NCBI RefSeq assembly: GCF_024521635.1
Contig: NW_026250409.1
Location: 930,001-994,000 of the forward strand
Direction: 5' to 3'
Source: Tricharina praecox
Taxonomy: Eukaryota
DNA: 64,000 bases
Position numbers and translations under genes: made by a program. The notes beneath the pieces are model-generated. The model was given only the letters and a program-made list of their open reading frames with translations. It was not told the origin of the DNA and did no database searches. Shown in pieces: positions 12,924 to 25,453 of this stretch (positions are counted from its first letter, which is position 1; every line of letters begins with the position of its first letter).

Positions 12924-13755
12924 GCTTGCTTGATGCGGATTTTTTTTCTTATTTTATTTCGGAGGATCTTGTTTTATGGTTGAGGTGGAGCGGGAGCACG
13001 CCATAGAAGACGTCTATGATGATGTCTAGACTGTATAGTACAAGTATAGGGGAACGTGGGTAGAAGGTAGTGTAAGATGTAAAGGTATTTGTCTGTAGGG
13101 GGCATATAAAGAGTAGGATGATGAAGAGAGTGGACAATGCCGTACGGCACCGTTGCATGAAGGCAGAAATATAAACGATTATTACACTCAATTTGTTCTG
13201 GTCATTTACGATACAATTCGGGGGCACATTCAGGATTTTCTCTATGCTTACAAGTCCGGAAAACACCAGAATTCACCGGCCACGCATGGGTTCGGGGGAG
13301 CTGTTTCTAGCATGCATGTTCGGCATCACCTGCGCCAATCCAGCCGCGCAAATGGATTACCATGTCGCTAGGAGATTCATTTGGAAGGTTTTTAATTGTG
13401 GCCCTACCCCAAATATCTTGCCTGCGGATGGTTATTTCACGGCAGGCAGATGTTTGCAGAAACTGCTCTACTAGGAACCGGATACGTGAAGATTCCGGCG
13501 CCTCTGATGTGCTCGAATGAAAAGCTTTCCGAGCAATGCCTCCAGTACGGCACCAGCGCGACAACTTGCATGCTGACATTAGCCTCAGGGTTATACTCTA
13601 CGTCTCAAGCTCACACCAATTAATGTGGCGAGGTGCCCAGTGGGTATCAAATGAACGTTTATCATGTGATTATTTACAGTTGTGCTTCCTGAATTCCATG
13701 CTTTTATGACCGGCGAACAAAAATCAAAGTAAACCCAGCTCCCAGTTCCTCCAAA

Positions 13756-14262
13756 TCAAGCCTTTGTCTTTCGCTTGGCGCCCTGCCTCAGAAGATTTTT
13801 CCGAAGACTCGGGAAGACGACAGCGTTGCGGGTATGCCGAGGTCTAGAGATCTTCCCTTTCGACGCTCGCTTCTTGCTGGGGCCGTTTGCAGGCGCTGCT
13901 GCAGTCGTCTCTCCAGCCTTGGACTCTTCGACTACATCCATGGCATCGTCCTTCTTGTTCGCGGGGTTGGTGGACTCTGCGCAAACCACATCAATCGGCG
14001 CTCCGTTTCTCCATGTACAGACGGAGGGTCCAAAACGAACCTGTGGGGAGCTCCGCCTTCGCGATCGCGAGAAGCTTCTCCGACAGTCTCTGTAGGCGCT
14101 CGTCTTCGACGGGCTTGTGGATGGTGTCGCGACGAGTCGCACTGTTGCGCTTCGAGATGGCTGTTTTCCGAGTTCCGTGTCAGAAAGCTTTGTCTCCTCT
14201 TATTTCCCGTATATTCCTATAATGCGGATTGGGGACGTACTGGCTCTGGCAGATTTGGCCAT
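13756..14262 (-). CDS. Small basic DUF2423-family (YBL028C-like) nucleolar protein, 3 exons
   Basis: Splicing gives MAKSARA-intron-TISKRNSATRRDTIHKPVEDERLQRLSEKLLAIA..., then a Lys/Arg-rich C-terminus containing RNAVVFP. Confidence 0.75.
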
Positions 14263-14805
14263 TGTTCTTTGTGTTTTTCTTTGGGGTGGAAGTGGCGAGA
14301 AAGTGGCGAGAAAGTGGCGGTCGCGGTGGTGGTGGAAGTGGTGGGGTAAAGGTGGTGGAAGAAGTCAACTGTTTGTTCGTTGGGTTTGTTCTGGTCGCTA
14401 CCGCGGAATTTCAGCACAGCAAAAAAAGCTTTGTTACGTGATTCGAAGTCAAGCGAGAAGCGGCTCTTGCCCCCCCCACGCATAGACCTCCGCTCTGTCT
14501 ACTCGCTGCGGAGTCCTAGACGCGCAGTGAATCACCACAACCACAACTCCATTCCTCTCCCACTTGCCCCCCTCCAGCTGCTGACCCCCTTCAAGTCCTT
14601 CTTTTAATCCGCTCCAGTACTACAACAACCACCCCTCGTATCCTCCCGTCACCACCGATCCGCCGCCTTCGTTCCTACTGAAGGGTCAGCCGGCTGCACC
14701 CCTCGATCTCGCGACTTTCCCTGCGCCGGCTATGCAGCATTTCCGCCTTTGATTGCACAACCACAAAAATCACTAGACTCGAACACTACAAATCGAAATA
14801 CAACC

Positions 14806-16835
14806 ATGGCTATCACTCAACAGGAAGCCGCGATCCTCATCCGCTACGTGAACGGCAGCCTTATCGTGCGGCAACTGCAGGCTGTTCTGAAGGCCGAGGG
14901 ACAGCCTACCAGCGGACTCAAACAACCCCTTCAGAAGCGGTTGACGACGTGTAGGTTACAATACATACCGCTCCTTGATCGCGTCGCCGACAGGCAAACT
15001 GACGCTTGTCTGCAGACATCGAATCGATCGTTTCGAGAGGCGACACACAGGCGTTCCAACGAGTCAAGAACCTGGTACATCACAACGAAGTCCCCGGTAG
15101 CAGTGCCTCGCCCGCGAGGTCGGTCTCCCGCGGCGTAACCCACGCTGCTAATGCCTTCACTGCTTCCCCGCCCGGCCGCCCAGCTCTACCGCCTCACGCA
15201 TACGGTCATACCGGAGGTAAGCGGCCCAGATCGCCAATGTTTGGTTCGGTGGACAGGATGACTGAGTCTGGATGTCTAGCGCCGATCCGCATCTTCTGGA
15301 AGGAGAGTCCGTTCTACACGATACTGGCGCCGCTCAGCGATCAGGCAAAATGTCCAGGTTTGCTGCATCTTTCCCCTCGGAACACCCGCATATCAAGGCT
15401 AACATTCCTGCGGTCATGTCGTCTCATCGAAATACAGTTACAACGGTTGTTTCACTAAGCCAGAACCAAGTCAACCAGTTGACCAATGACCTGTCATATA
15501 GATGCATGGTCTATTGTGCGGCAGTGGAGCAATTCTCACCATTTGTTCGAAACACCGAAATCGCGTTCCCACACCAGGTCGAACTACGTGTCAACGAGAC
15601 GGTGGTGGCGGGCCCGGGTCTGAATCTGCGAGGTCTCAAGAACAAGCCTGGATCTACGCGTCCAGCAGACATCACTGATAGGTTGAATCTCACGCCCAAC
15701 TACCGCAACCAGATCGGACTCACATATGCAATGACTCAGAAGGTTCGCTCATAACGCACGTGAAGCATTCGGGCTTGTGGCTAACTGACAAGAATAACCA
15801 GGAGTTTGCTTTTGTGGTTAACTTGGTCAAGTTTGAAACGGTTGAGAATCTAGTCTTGAAACTACGGCAGGGGAATGCCATCGCCAAAGAAACAGTGATA
15901 TCTGATAGTAAGTGTCTTCGTCGCTTGTGTTTTAGCCTACGCCTCTTAATAGGTCATCCTAGTGATCAAAAAGAACGAGGATTCCGATCTCGTTGCAACT
16001 TCCGCCATCATGTCCCTGAAATGTCCAATATCGACACTGCGCATTGATCTACCCGTGCGCTCATCGTTTTGCGCGCATTCGCAGTGCTTTGACGCCACAT
16101 CTTTCCTGCAGTTGCAGCTACAAGCACCGGTATGAACGACTCGAGATTTTTCCTTGGTTGATTTCTAACTGACATGGCGTAGACATGGACTTGTCCTACT
16201 TGCAACCGTAGCATCATGTTCACACAGCTCGTCGTGGATAGGTACGACTTTCATACCCCGCTCTAAATGGGGCCGTGCTAATGACTGTTCAAATCAGATA
16301 CTTTGACGATATCCTGAACTCTACACCGAAGACGGTCGAATCCGTCACCATCAATTCCGAGGGTAAATGGTCCGTCGCGGCGGAGGCGTCGAACTCTCCC
16401 ATAGCTAGCTCGGACGATGAGGGCGGTCACTACGACAGCAAGATTGTCGATCTCGATGATATCCACCCGAGGAGGAGTTACCAGCCTTCTGCCACCACCA
16501 CACCAGCGGGTTCCAACTCCCGGGATGAATCATTTACCAACAGTGCCAATGGCCGGAATGGAGGCATGGGCAATAAGCGTCCCATCGCGCAAGTCATCGA
16601 TTTGACGTTGAGTGACGACGACGATGAGCCGCCTCGCCCAGCTAAGCGTACCGCCACCAGTAACGGTAATAACAGCAGCGACAACTCACTACCGACCCCG
16701 TCGAGTGTTGTGGGCTACATGCGCTCTTGTTCTGATTCGACGGCTCCGAATGGATATTCACCGGTAGGGACTCCACCATACAACATAAACTACCCGGACC
16801 TCTCAAACAGTGGTTGGTATGACGAACCATTCTAA
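14806..16835 (+). CDS. SIZ1: SP-RING/MIZ SUMO E3 ligase (Siz1/PIAS family); multi-exon
   Basis: SAP-like N-terminus, PINIT region (FWKESPFY, IAFPHQVELRVN, NLRGLKNKPGSTRPADIT), SP-RING (MSLKCPISTLRIDLPVRSSFCAHSQCFDA..WTCPTC), SIM VIDLTLSDDDD. Confidence 0.92.
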
Positions 16836-18089
16836 TCTATTTTCTTTTGACAGTGACGTTTCCTTTTACCTTTTCTTGAGTCTCCCATGGTTATATCAGG
16901 CCTCAAGTATGGAAAGGACTTCATCTTGGGACGGAAGTAACAGCTACACATCATCCTCCTATTCCCCAAATAAACTAGTCGGTTTTCTTCCACGCCCTCG
17001 TATTCCTTCTTTTTTTCTACCTTCCACCTTGTTTCGCATGTTGTCTTTTGGATGATATCGATATTTCTTTTGCATGCTGTGTGTTGCGTATTGTTTGTGG
17101 TGTCTGTTGTCGGGGCCGGTAGGTAAAACGGGATACTCGGAGTCATGGGATTTGATTGATTGATTGATTTCTTTAGGCTTGTTCTTTTTCCTTTTTGCAT
17201 TCTTTTTTTTTCTTCCCGTCTCCTTCTTTCTAGTCATGGTGGATTTCTTGATTTCTTTGTCTACATTTTTTTTTCTTTTGCTTTTTTTTTACGTTCTGGA
17301 GGCTCAACAGTCTTTTTTTTCTTTCTTCTCATTTCCCATTTCTCAGGAGAGGCATTCATTCTTAGTTTGTAATCCGGAGTGGTTGTCATTTTGTTTTCTT
17401 CCTTCCGAAGCGAGGACGTAAGTGGGTATCATACTGTAGCTTTTTCGTTTCAGCGGGTTGGCGGCATGGAATGGATTGGACGGATGGGGCGGGCGGTCAT
17501 GACAATTTTAGGCATACACCTTAATACCAAGTACTTCTACTCTACCCTACTTAGTGCGATCGTGCGGATGTGTGTTACTTGATGATTTGCTGGGGAAAAT
17601 GCCCAACTGGCTTATGAATATGAGAAACCATCCAGTAATATGGTGTATGTAAATGAAATGAAGCCCCCCCCCCTCCCCCAACCAAACGAACCGCGCGCGC
17701 GCTTTCTAGAGAATAAGCGAAACGACAAAGGGAAATACGATACTGATAGAGACACACCGCCGCCGCCGTACAGTAGAGTATCAATCAATCAACCAAGCAG
17801 AAAAGGAAAAAGAAAAAGAAAAGAAAAAAGGAAATGTATGCTCCCCTGACCCCCGAAACAAAAGAAAAAATGATATGTAGCCCTACCCCAACCTATGACG
17901 AATGAAAAATGGAAGATGGAAAATGGAAGATGCAAAGGCAGAAGGAAAGGTGGATTGAATCGAAGAGCCCGTGTGTGGGGTGACTGTCGGGTCGGAAGGC
18001 GGATATAATAGTTTTTGTGGACAGGTCTTGTTTTGTAGCGACTAGGTCGCTCGGCCGAACGAGCGACCATGAGTCGGTAATCCGATCAT

Positions 18090-18571
18090 TTATGAGAAGA
18101 ACACAGCCCTCGGATCTGGTCATTTCCGTCAGCACTTGGCACCACATCATCCGCACCCGCAATCATGTGACAACATACCCAGTGGTCTGCCATCCGGCGC
18201 GATGCCGTTCCGCGCCAGCTTCTGCTCGACGGCGATCCGTCGTGCCTCGTCGAAATCGACGCCCCGTCGCTTCATGATGGCGAGGACCTCGCGCTTCGCG
18301 GCTACGTCGAGCCCGCTCCGGCTGTCTTCGTCGTCGATGTTCGCCGTTAGGCTGAAGGTGTCGCTGTGAAGGCCGGCTTCAAGGTCTGAGCTGAAGGAGG
18401 AGGACGAGGTGATCATCGGCAGCCAGGAGGTGCGGTAGATGTAGAGTGCTGTGTGGAGATACGTGGTTAGTGCTGGGGGTGAGGTAGGTGCGGAGGAGAA
18501 AGCTTACCAGTGGAGAAGGCCATGAAGACGAAGACGTAGGACCAGAGCATGTAATGATCCGTCAAGGCCAT
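18090..18571 (-). CDS. DUF2015/UPF0357-like small membrane-anchored protein, 3 exons
   Basis: Hydrophobic N-terminus, SFSSDLEAGLHSDTFSL..NI..DSRSGLD, IMKRRGVDFDEARR, NGIAPDGRPLDPRAVFFS*. Confidence 0.85.
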
Positions 18572-20715
18572 GATTGCGGATTGCGGGAGGGTTTTGTGTA
18601 CGTTGAGATGTTGTAAAAGGGAGTCCTGCAGTGCTATGAAACAAGGAAATGCGGAGCTGTAGGGAGGTAGTATGCAAGAAGGCGGAGTTCAAAAATAGTT
18701 GTGCGTTGACGCGAGGTAGGTAGTTAGGTACAACTTGGTAAGGCAAGGGATGTAGGGGAAAGGAACGTGAAGCGGCTTTTTTGAAAAGCAGGTTGTGTTG
18801 GTTTGGTTGGTGGAAGGTGGGTGCAAGTGGTGAGACTTGGAGATGAATTGCGTGGCCGACGACTGGGGGGTGTGGGAGGCAGTGCATGACGACTGGTGGT
18901 GGTGCGAGCGCCGAGAACGGCACGCGCTATGCTAAATACGGGCATGAGCGGGGGGCGCTTGGAGGCTGAATCCTGATGGAAGGGTAAGGCTTGGGAGATC
19001 CCCGCCCATGCTCCGGCCACGCGCGCGGCGAGCGGGGAGGACGGACCTAGGGCTGCATGCGGTGATGTGCGGCGCATCTTCTGGGGCAGAGATCTGCATA
19101 TGCGCTTCAAGGTCTATGATACATACATAGAATGATAGAGTCTAGTGTACCAGTAGTTCAGTGCACACTACACACCCGCAAGTATTTCTATCGTTACTTC
19201 AGGGTGGCGGTCTGGAGTTTCAGTTCACGGCGATCGTGATGTGTCGGGTGCTCGGTTCGACTTCCACGGAGTTGAAACAAGACGCCAACCTCTCCTTTTC
19301 CCTCACGCAGTTGTAACTTGGAAGTGCTTTTGTCGTACTTTTGTCGTGCGGATTTCCATCTCGATGTAGCCAACGTGTACGATTCAACCGACGAAACACG
19401 CCAGAATGTTTCAAGTGTGCCGAGGGGGCTCCGCAGTCTGCGAGGTCGTGAAAAGGAGTGATTGTCAGCTTACATCGGTTGGATACCTTTCAACAGATGT
19501 CAGTTCCTGCCGGAACCGCATGATACCGTTTCGAAAGCTGCACGTCAACAACCATCAAGGCCAACAACAGGAGGCCACTTCACTCCGGACTGCTCGTCGA
19601 TGCTTCTCCTCGTAAAAAAGTTTCGGTCATCATCTTCGAAGGAGAAGTGAGAAGATGGCCGGCCGGCGGCACGGCATGAGCGGCGAGTGCGGCCAGCCAG
19701 CAGCTGCCGGAGGACTCAGGAAGCCGCCACCGGGCAGCTGAACCTGATGGAGTTGTGCCCATAGCTGGAAAAAGCAAGCGTGAATGCATATCGGTATCAA
19801 TGCTATCCAGACTCTGGAGTGGAGCGGGAAGAAGCGAGGAATGTGTCTATGTACTCTAGATGCCTTGGCGATATGTACCCACATCTATCAGACACCTTGA
19901 AGCCTTGGCCGGGCTGTAGTCTCGTGATGTTCGATTAGGTGTGTAAGTAGACGGATAAGCTCGTAGGCGTCTCAAGGGGAAGTGCAAGGGAGTAGGAGAG
20001 TGTAAATTTGTGGGATGTGAGGGTTGATATTATGCGTGTTTTTGCCTGTTCCGGTGTCACTGCTACTTTTCCGTGTCCTCTGTCCTTTTGCATCGTCGCA
20101 TACAGCCTTCATGGCCTTCGTGGCTTCCTTGCATTGTCACTGGCTTCTCACCAGAATAAGCCTCTTCAGGCTCCCAGCCCGAGTCCGGCGACAGCTATCG
20201 TCGCATCCTCTGTCCGAGGCCCGGCTTCATCTTGTTGTTTACACGAGCTCGTTTTTCTACAAGCAGTCTCCTTTCTCATCTTTCTCGTATCGTTCTATAA
20301 TCAAATCAAGTTCTTCTCCCAGTTTCAATAGTGAGGTCAAACTAACGCCGAGTGCTATGGCGAGAGTGGCGGAAAAAGGGTGGTTACGGCCGAGAGTCTG
20401 CCACCGCATCACAAGCCAGCCTTCCTCAGCCTGTCGGCATGTGGAAGGTACCTTGCTAGGTAGGACTTCCTTTCTAGCCTCCAACCCTTCATTCGCATAC
20501 AACCGCTGGGCTGAATATTGTGGCGATCTAAAGGAATGACGTCAGTCACCTTGGGGGCCTCATGGGAGTAGTTCCCCCAAGTCTACCGGCACCAGTAGAG
20601 TAGACGTCAATACGTAGAGATCAACGACGTCACTAATAATGAAGACGATCCTTATTTGGCGAACTAGGCTTCCGTCCCTGTCCCTGGACAGACTCCATGC
20701 CTGTTTATCTCCGTT

Positions 20716-20848
20716 CGAATTCCTCATCCTCCATCCCCCAGAGCACCCACTATCGCCGAATTCCTCATCCTCCATCCTCCAGAGCACCCACTATCGCCGA
20801 ATTCCTCATCCTCCATCCCCCAGAGCACCCACTACACCGCCGAATTCC
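20716..20848 (+). repeat. 41-nt tandem repeat, 3 copies plus a partial fourth
   Basis: cgaattcctcatcctccatcc(c/t)ccagagcacccactatcgc starts at 20716, 20757 and 20798, with a partial copy at 20841. Confidence 0.9.
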
Positions 20849-20919
20849 AACATCACGATCAGGTGCGTACTACCAATCAAACCGGCAAACGATAGTTCAC
20901 ACACTGCTGTCTCGAAAAC

Positions 20920-21598
20920 GTGACCATCAATCACAACATCAGCTCCGATCTCATCTAGGAGATCGCCAGCAATGGTTCCTCTGTATGAACGCCTTCACTA
21001 GAGAAAATCGTGTAGCCAACCTCAGCTTAGGTACATCGTCAAGCGGGGCTCAAAAGCTCCCATGTTCTCCAAGGAGCCTCCGAACCTGACCAATGTGCGC
21101 AACCGCATGGCAACTCGTACGCAGATCGGTTGGGGATATGTTCTGACGAGTGTGTAACAATCCGGGTCCGTCAACGAGAATGTCGTGCTCCTGCAGTAGC
21201 CGCTGGTATTGGTGATGTTTTTGTTTGGCTCATCGGAGAATAGGCCATTGGAGTCCAACATGCGCCTGGCGAGGGTGGTGTTATCGGTACATCAACCCAA
21301 CTGTTTTTTTCTTTTCTTCCGCAGCGGCACGACTGACACGTCCGAATAGTAATCATCAAGCACGACTGTGAGGACAGCAGCCAGAAGCCTACCGCCCTCT
21401 TCCAAGAGAAGGAGTTCGAGAGGAGAAACCGCGGTGCCTATTCCACGACCACCAACTTCTCGACCAAGAACCATTACCGCCCCGACCTCGTCCAGGTATC
21501 ATTTCACTTCCGCCGGATTCATCCTGGGGGTTCCGACATTTATATACAGGACACTGCCGCCAGAACTAGCGCAACCCCCCACTCGCATAGAGGTGTGA
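20920..21598 (+). pseudogene. Decayed, intron-retaining pseudogene of 60S ribosomal protein eL28 (L28e)
   Basis: Exon relics read NISSDLI*EIA / YIVKRGSKAPMFSKEPPNLTNV / SGSVNEN / AIGVQHAPGEGGVI / IIK...QKP...NHYRPDLVQ / AARTSA, colinear with eL28 (S.DL.WE, FS.EP.NL.N, SG.VN.KAIGV, YRPDL..AA.RASA). GTG in place of ATG at 20920, TAG at 20956 where Trp is expected, damaged splice sites. Confidence 0.85.
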
Positions 21599-22839
21599 AG
21601 GAATCCCACGGGAAAGCGAACCGTGGATCAAAGGGAAACGAAGTGGGGACCGCTGAGGCTTGAGCTCTCAGTAGCTAGATGTGGCTGGCATGCGCCTGCT
21701 GCACTAGCGTGTACCGTAGCTTTGGAAGGGAAGTGGCCGGACCAATAAATGGGGATAACCGGAAGATCTGGCGTTCTTTGTTGCATGATTCCGTGCTGTC
21801 TTTCCTCCGTCCGCCGGCGCCGCCGCGGTTGTTCCGAAAAGAGGGATAACCGTCGTTGCAGGCGGCGGGTGTCCCGTGCAAATAGTTATTCCGTCTCTCT
21901 CCGGTAGCGAGAATTCCCGATGGATTTTTGGGGCCCCAGCCGGGGAAGCTGGCTGCATAGCCGAACATGCCTCGGAGGATCGGAGTGTAAATCCTCTAGT
22001 TGGAGCAGATCGTCTGCCGGCTGCAAGGCTGTTTCCGGCCGGTTGAGGCCCGTGGCGCAGCTTCTTTGCTTGTTGACGATGGTGATGGTCGTGGTGATGG
22101 TCGTGGTGATGGTGACACTGGGGGTGATAGTGGGATTGGTGGGGGTCTGCCGATGGAGTGCAGCTGCCCGTGGGGAGCTGTAGATGAGGGTACCTATTTC
22201 GTAAAAATTCTCCATGCGCCGAACTCCCGCGCCGATGCTTGCGGCCGTATTGATGCTGTCAAACATTGGGGGTAAACGCGGGATACGGATATCGAGATGG
22301 TATGTGCTACCACCGCCAAACTCCGCACGAAAAAAACACCTGCTGTCACAGGCTGAAGTCAATGTGGCGATGGATGGATGGGGAAGCGGATCGAAGACCT
22401 CATGTGAAGTAATATGCGGAGTTCTGCAGGCAGAGTGGCATCCATCCATCGCATCATCACCACCACCACCATTATCACCATGATCATCGCGGCGAGCTTC
22501 ACCTCTATGGTTGCTCTAGGTGGGGAGTTGATCCCTGCGATGCCGCCATTTTAATTCTGCTAGACAAACAACCACCACCACCAGCACCCAACCTACCACG
22601 ACCACTACCCAAACTAACCCCTCCTTCCTTGGAGCCATGCACCCACATGTATGCGTAGAGGAGAGTTGTCCGCCGTCGTCGCCGAGCTTATTTACCCCAC
22701 CATCCACATCATCTCCTCCTCTTCCTTAAGATAAACCCCATCCCACCCTCAATCCAACAATCAACACAGCCCCTCAGCTTCTCTTCATCACCTCATACCC
22801 ACTTCCCATTCTTCATCCATAACTCCTACTACCGTCAAA

Positions 22840-24188
22840 ATGGTCAAAGCTGGTACGTTCATATCCACCGGATGCGGAGGGAGGATGCGTGCTGCCATCA
22901 TCGCGGGCGGTTGACTGACGCGCAAAACAGCTGTCCTCGGTGCTGCTGGTGGAATCGGCCAGGTAAACGACGAAGACCCCTCTTTACCCCTCAGTGGGAC
23001 AAGGCAGGGGCAACGGTTTATTGACACGGTGTAACCATCTGTAGCCTCTGTCCCTCCTCCTCAAGGCCAGTCCCCTCATCGACGAGCTGGCCCTCTACGA
23101 TGTTGTGAACACCCCCGGTGTCGCGGCCGATCTTTCCCACATTGCCTCCCCGGCTGTAAGTTTGCCCCGAAGAATCAACATCCATCTCCCCCGCGTCCAG
23201 GACTGACAGTTTTCGCCGCCCGCCGTAGGTCACCACCGGATACCTCCCCAAGGACGACGGACTGCAAAAGACCCTCGAGGGATGTGACATCGTTGTGATC
23301 CCCGCCGGCCTTCCCCGCAAGCCCGGTATGACCAGAGATGAGCTCTTCACCAAGAACGCCGGAATTGTCGCCGCCCTGATCACCGGTGTCGCCAAGTGGT
23401 GCCCCAAGGCCTACGTCCTGGTCATCTCCAACCCTGTCAACTCCACCGTTCCCATCGCCGCCGAGGTGCTGAAGGCCCACAACGTCTTCGACGCCCGCAA
23501 GCTCTTCGGTGTCACCACCCTGGATGTCGTTCGTGCTTCCACCTTCACCGCCGAGCTTACCGGCGAGAAGGACCCCCGGAAACTCACCATCCCCGTCGTC
23601 GGTGGACACAGTGGTGACACTATTGTTCCTCTGTTGAGCCTGGCTACTCCTTCTGTCTCGATCCCCGATGACAAGATTGAGGCTTTGATCAAGAGTGAGC
23701 CATACACCCCCCACTCCACCGTCAAGCTCCATCGGCTAACAAACCCCAGGAATCCAATTCGGTGGTGACGAGGTCGTTAAGGCCAAGGATGGCGCTGGAT
23801 CCGCCACTTTGTCCATGGCTTACGCTGGTTACCGCTTCGCCGAGGCTGTTCTCAAGGCCGACAAGGGTGAGACCGGTATCGTCGAGCCTTCATTCGTCTA
23901 CCTTCCCGGTGTTCCCGGTGGAGACGAGATCTTGAAGGCAGTTGGTGGTTTGGAGTACTTCGCCGTTCCGATTGAGCTCGGAGTATGTATCCCACTTTTC
24001 AGGAATCCTTCCTTCCATCCGCTAATACTCGATGTGTGCAACAGCCCGGTGGTGTCGTCAAGGCCACCAACCCTCTGGGCAAGGCCTCGGACGCCGAGAA
24101 GAAGCTATTGGAGGTTGCTATTGCTGGCCTCAAGGGCAACATCTCCAAGGGTGTCGAGTTCGCCCAGGCCTCCAGTGCAAAGTTGTAA
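22840..24188 (+). CDS. NAD-dependent malate dehydrogenase, no mitochondrial presequence, C-terminal PTS1 (-AKL); multi-exon with small 5' exons
   Basis: [91 protein letters not shown]; ends QASSAKL*. Confidence 0.96.
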
Positions 24189-24612
24189 TCCCAACTTGGT
24201 TCGCTTGTTTCGAGTGTGTAAATCAAACAAAAGCTGATGATGATTCGGTTGTGATGTACAGTTAATCAATCAATCCTGCGCACAATCCTTTTTCCTCTCT
24301 CTTTTTTCCTGCATCGGTCTCAACGGCGGGTTCGGATGAAACAGTTGCATGATACCAAAGTTTTTTTGTTGAGGAGGAAGATGGAAAGGTGAGGGGAAAC
24401 GGTGGATGGTATTTGCTGCTTGAGTTCTTACATGGCAATAACGATATCAAATAAAAAAGTCATTGCGCCAGTCGCCAGTTCCATGCAATATCAAGATGAA
24501 GAAAACAAACAAAACCGTGAAGTGTGACAGTGACAAATTTGTGGTTCGCAGCAGCAGCAGTAGTAGGCAGAGTATAGCTGTAGCTGAGTTCCCCCTCTCG
24601 TCCCGCCTCCGT

Positions 24613-25453
24613 CTATACCGCCGATCTCCCGGAGATGGTCTCGATCTTGAAGGTTGCTGTCGGTAGCTCTGTCGTTTCGGCTTGCACGCTTGCATTGACT
24701 CCCATGTTTGCCAGCGCGCCTCTGACGATGCCGCAGGGAAACCATAGAAACTGAAATACCCGTCAGCACCATCTCCTCCTCCTCCTCCACTTGCGCCACA
24801 GGTAGGATATTCTTACAGGTTGTGCTTTCAACACGGCATTCCCGCCCGCTTCGGTACTCATCCGGGAAAACGGCCGGAACGCATTATCCGTCAAAACGTA
24901 GACCCCCTTTTTCACGTCCGTCCATCATCAGCGGAGGCCAGGCAAGGAAAGCAGGCTCGGCGACGGAGGACGAGAGGAGGGCGGGAGGACATCATCATAC
25001 CCTATGGTTCGTCTTGAGATTATCGATCTGCTTCCGGAACACAATCATCCACAGGTCCTTGCAGATGAACTTTATTACATCGAGCGTCTCGACCATTCTT
25101 GCGCGGTCCCTCGAGAACCTATTCTCTCCCGCCCATCATCAGCACTCGCCCTCCCCTCCCTCCTCCCCTCCTTCGCAACGTACGCACCTCTCCACGAGCC
25201 CCTGCCCAACCTTGAACCCCAGCTGCTCAAGCCGGTAGAACATAGCCTCGCGCTGCTCCTCCTCGTCGGCGGTGGCCTCGCCATCGCCCCCCTCGCCGTC
25301 GCCCCCCTCCCCCCCGGCGCTCGTAGAGTGGAGCGCGAGCCGTCGTGCCAAAGGCACGATCTCGATCAGCAGTAGGTCGAGCGCGGAGCTGTTGAGGAAT
25401 GTCGCGTTCGGGTCGGACGCGCTGAATGGCGGGAGCGGGGCGTCGAATGACAT
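24613..25453 (-). CDS. TRS33: TRAPP complex subunit Trs33 (TRAPPC6), 4 exons
   Basis: [72 protein letters not shown]. Confidence 0.93.

Noticed and set aside
24907..25001. ATGATGA...CTGA inside a TRS33 intron as a C/D snoRNA
   Set aside because: The C-like box overlaps the 5' splice site and the CTGA is the branch point; no terminal stem or recognisable rRNA guide
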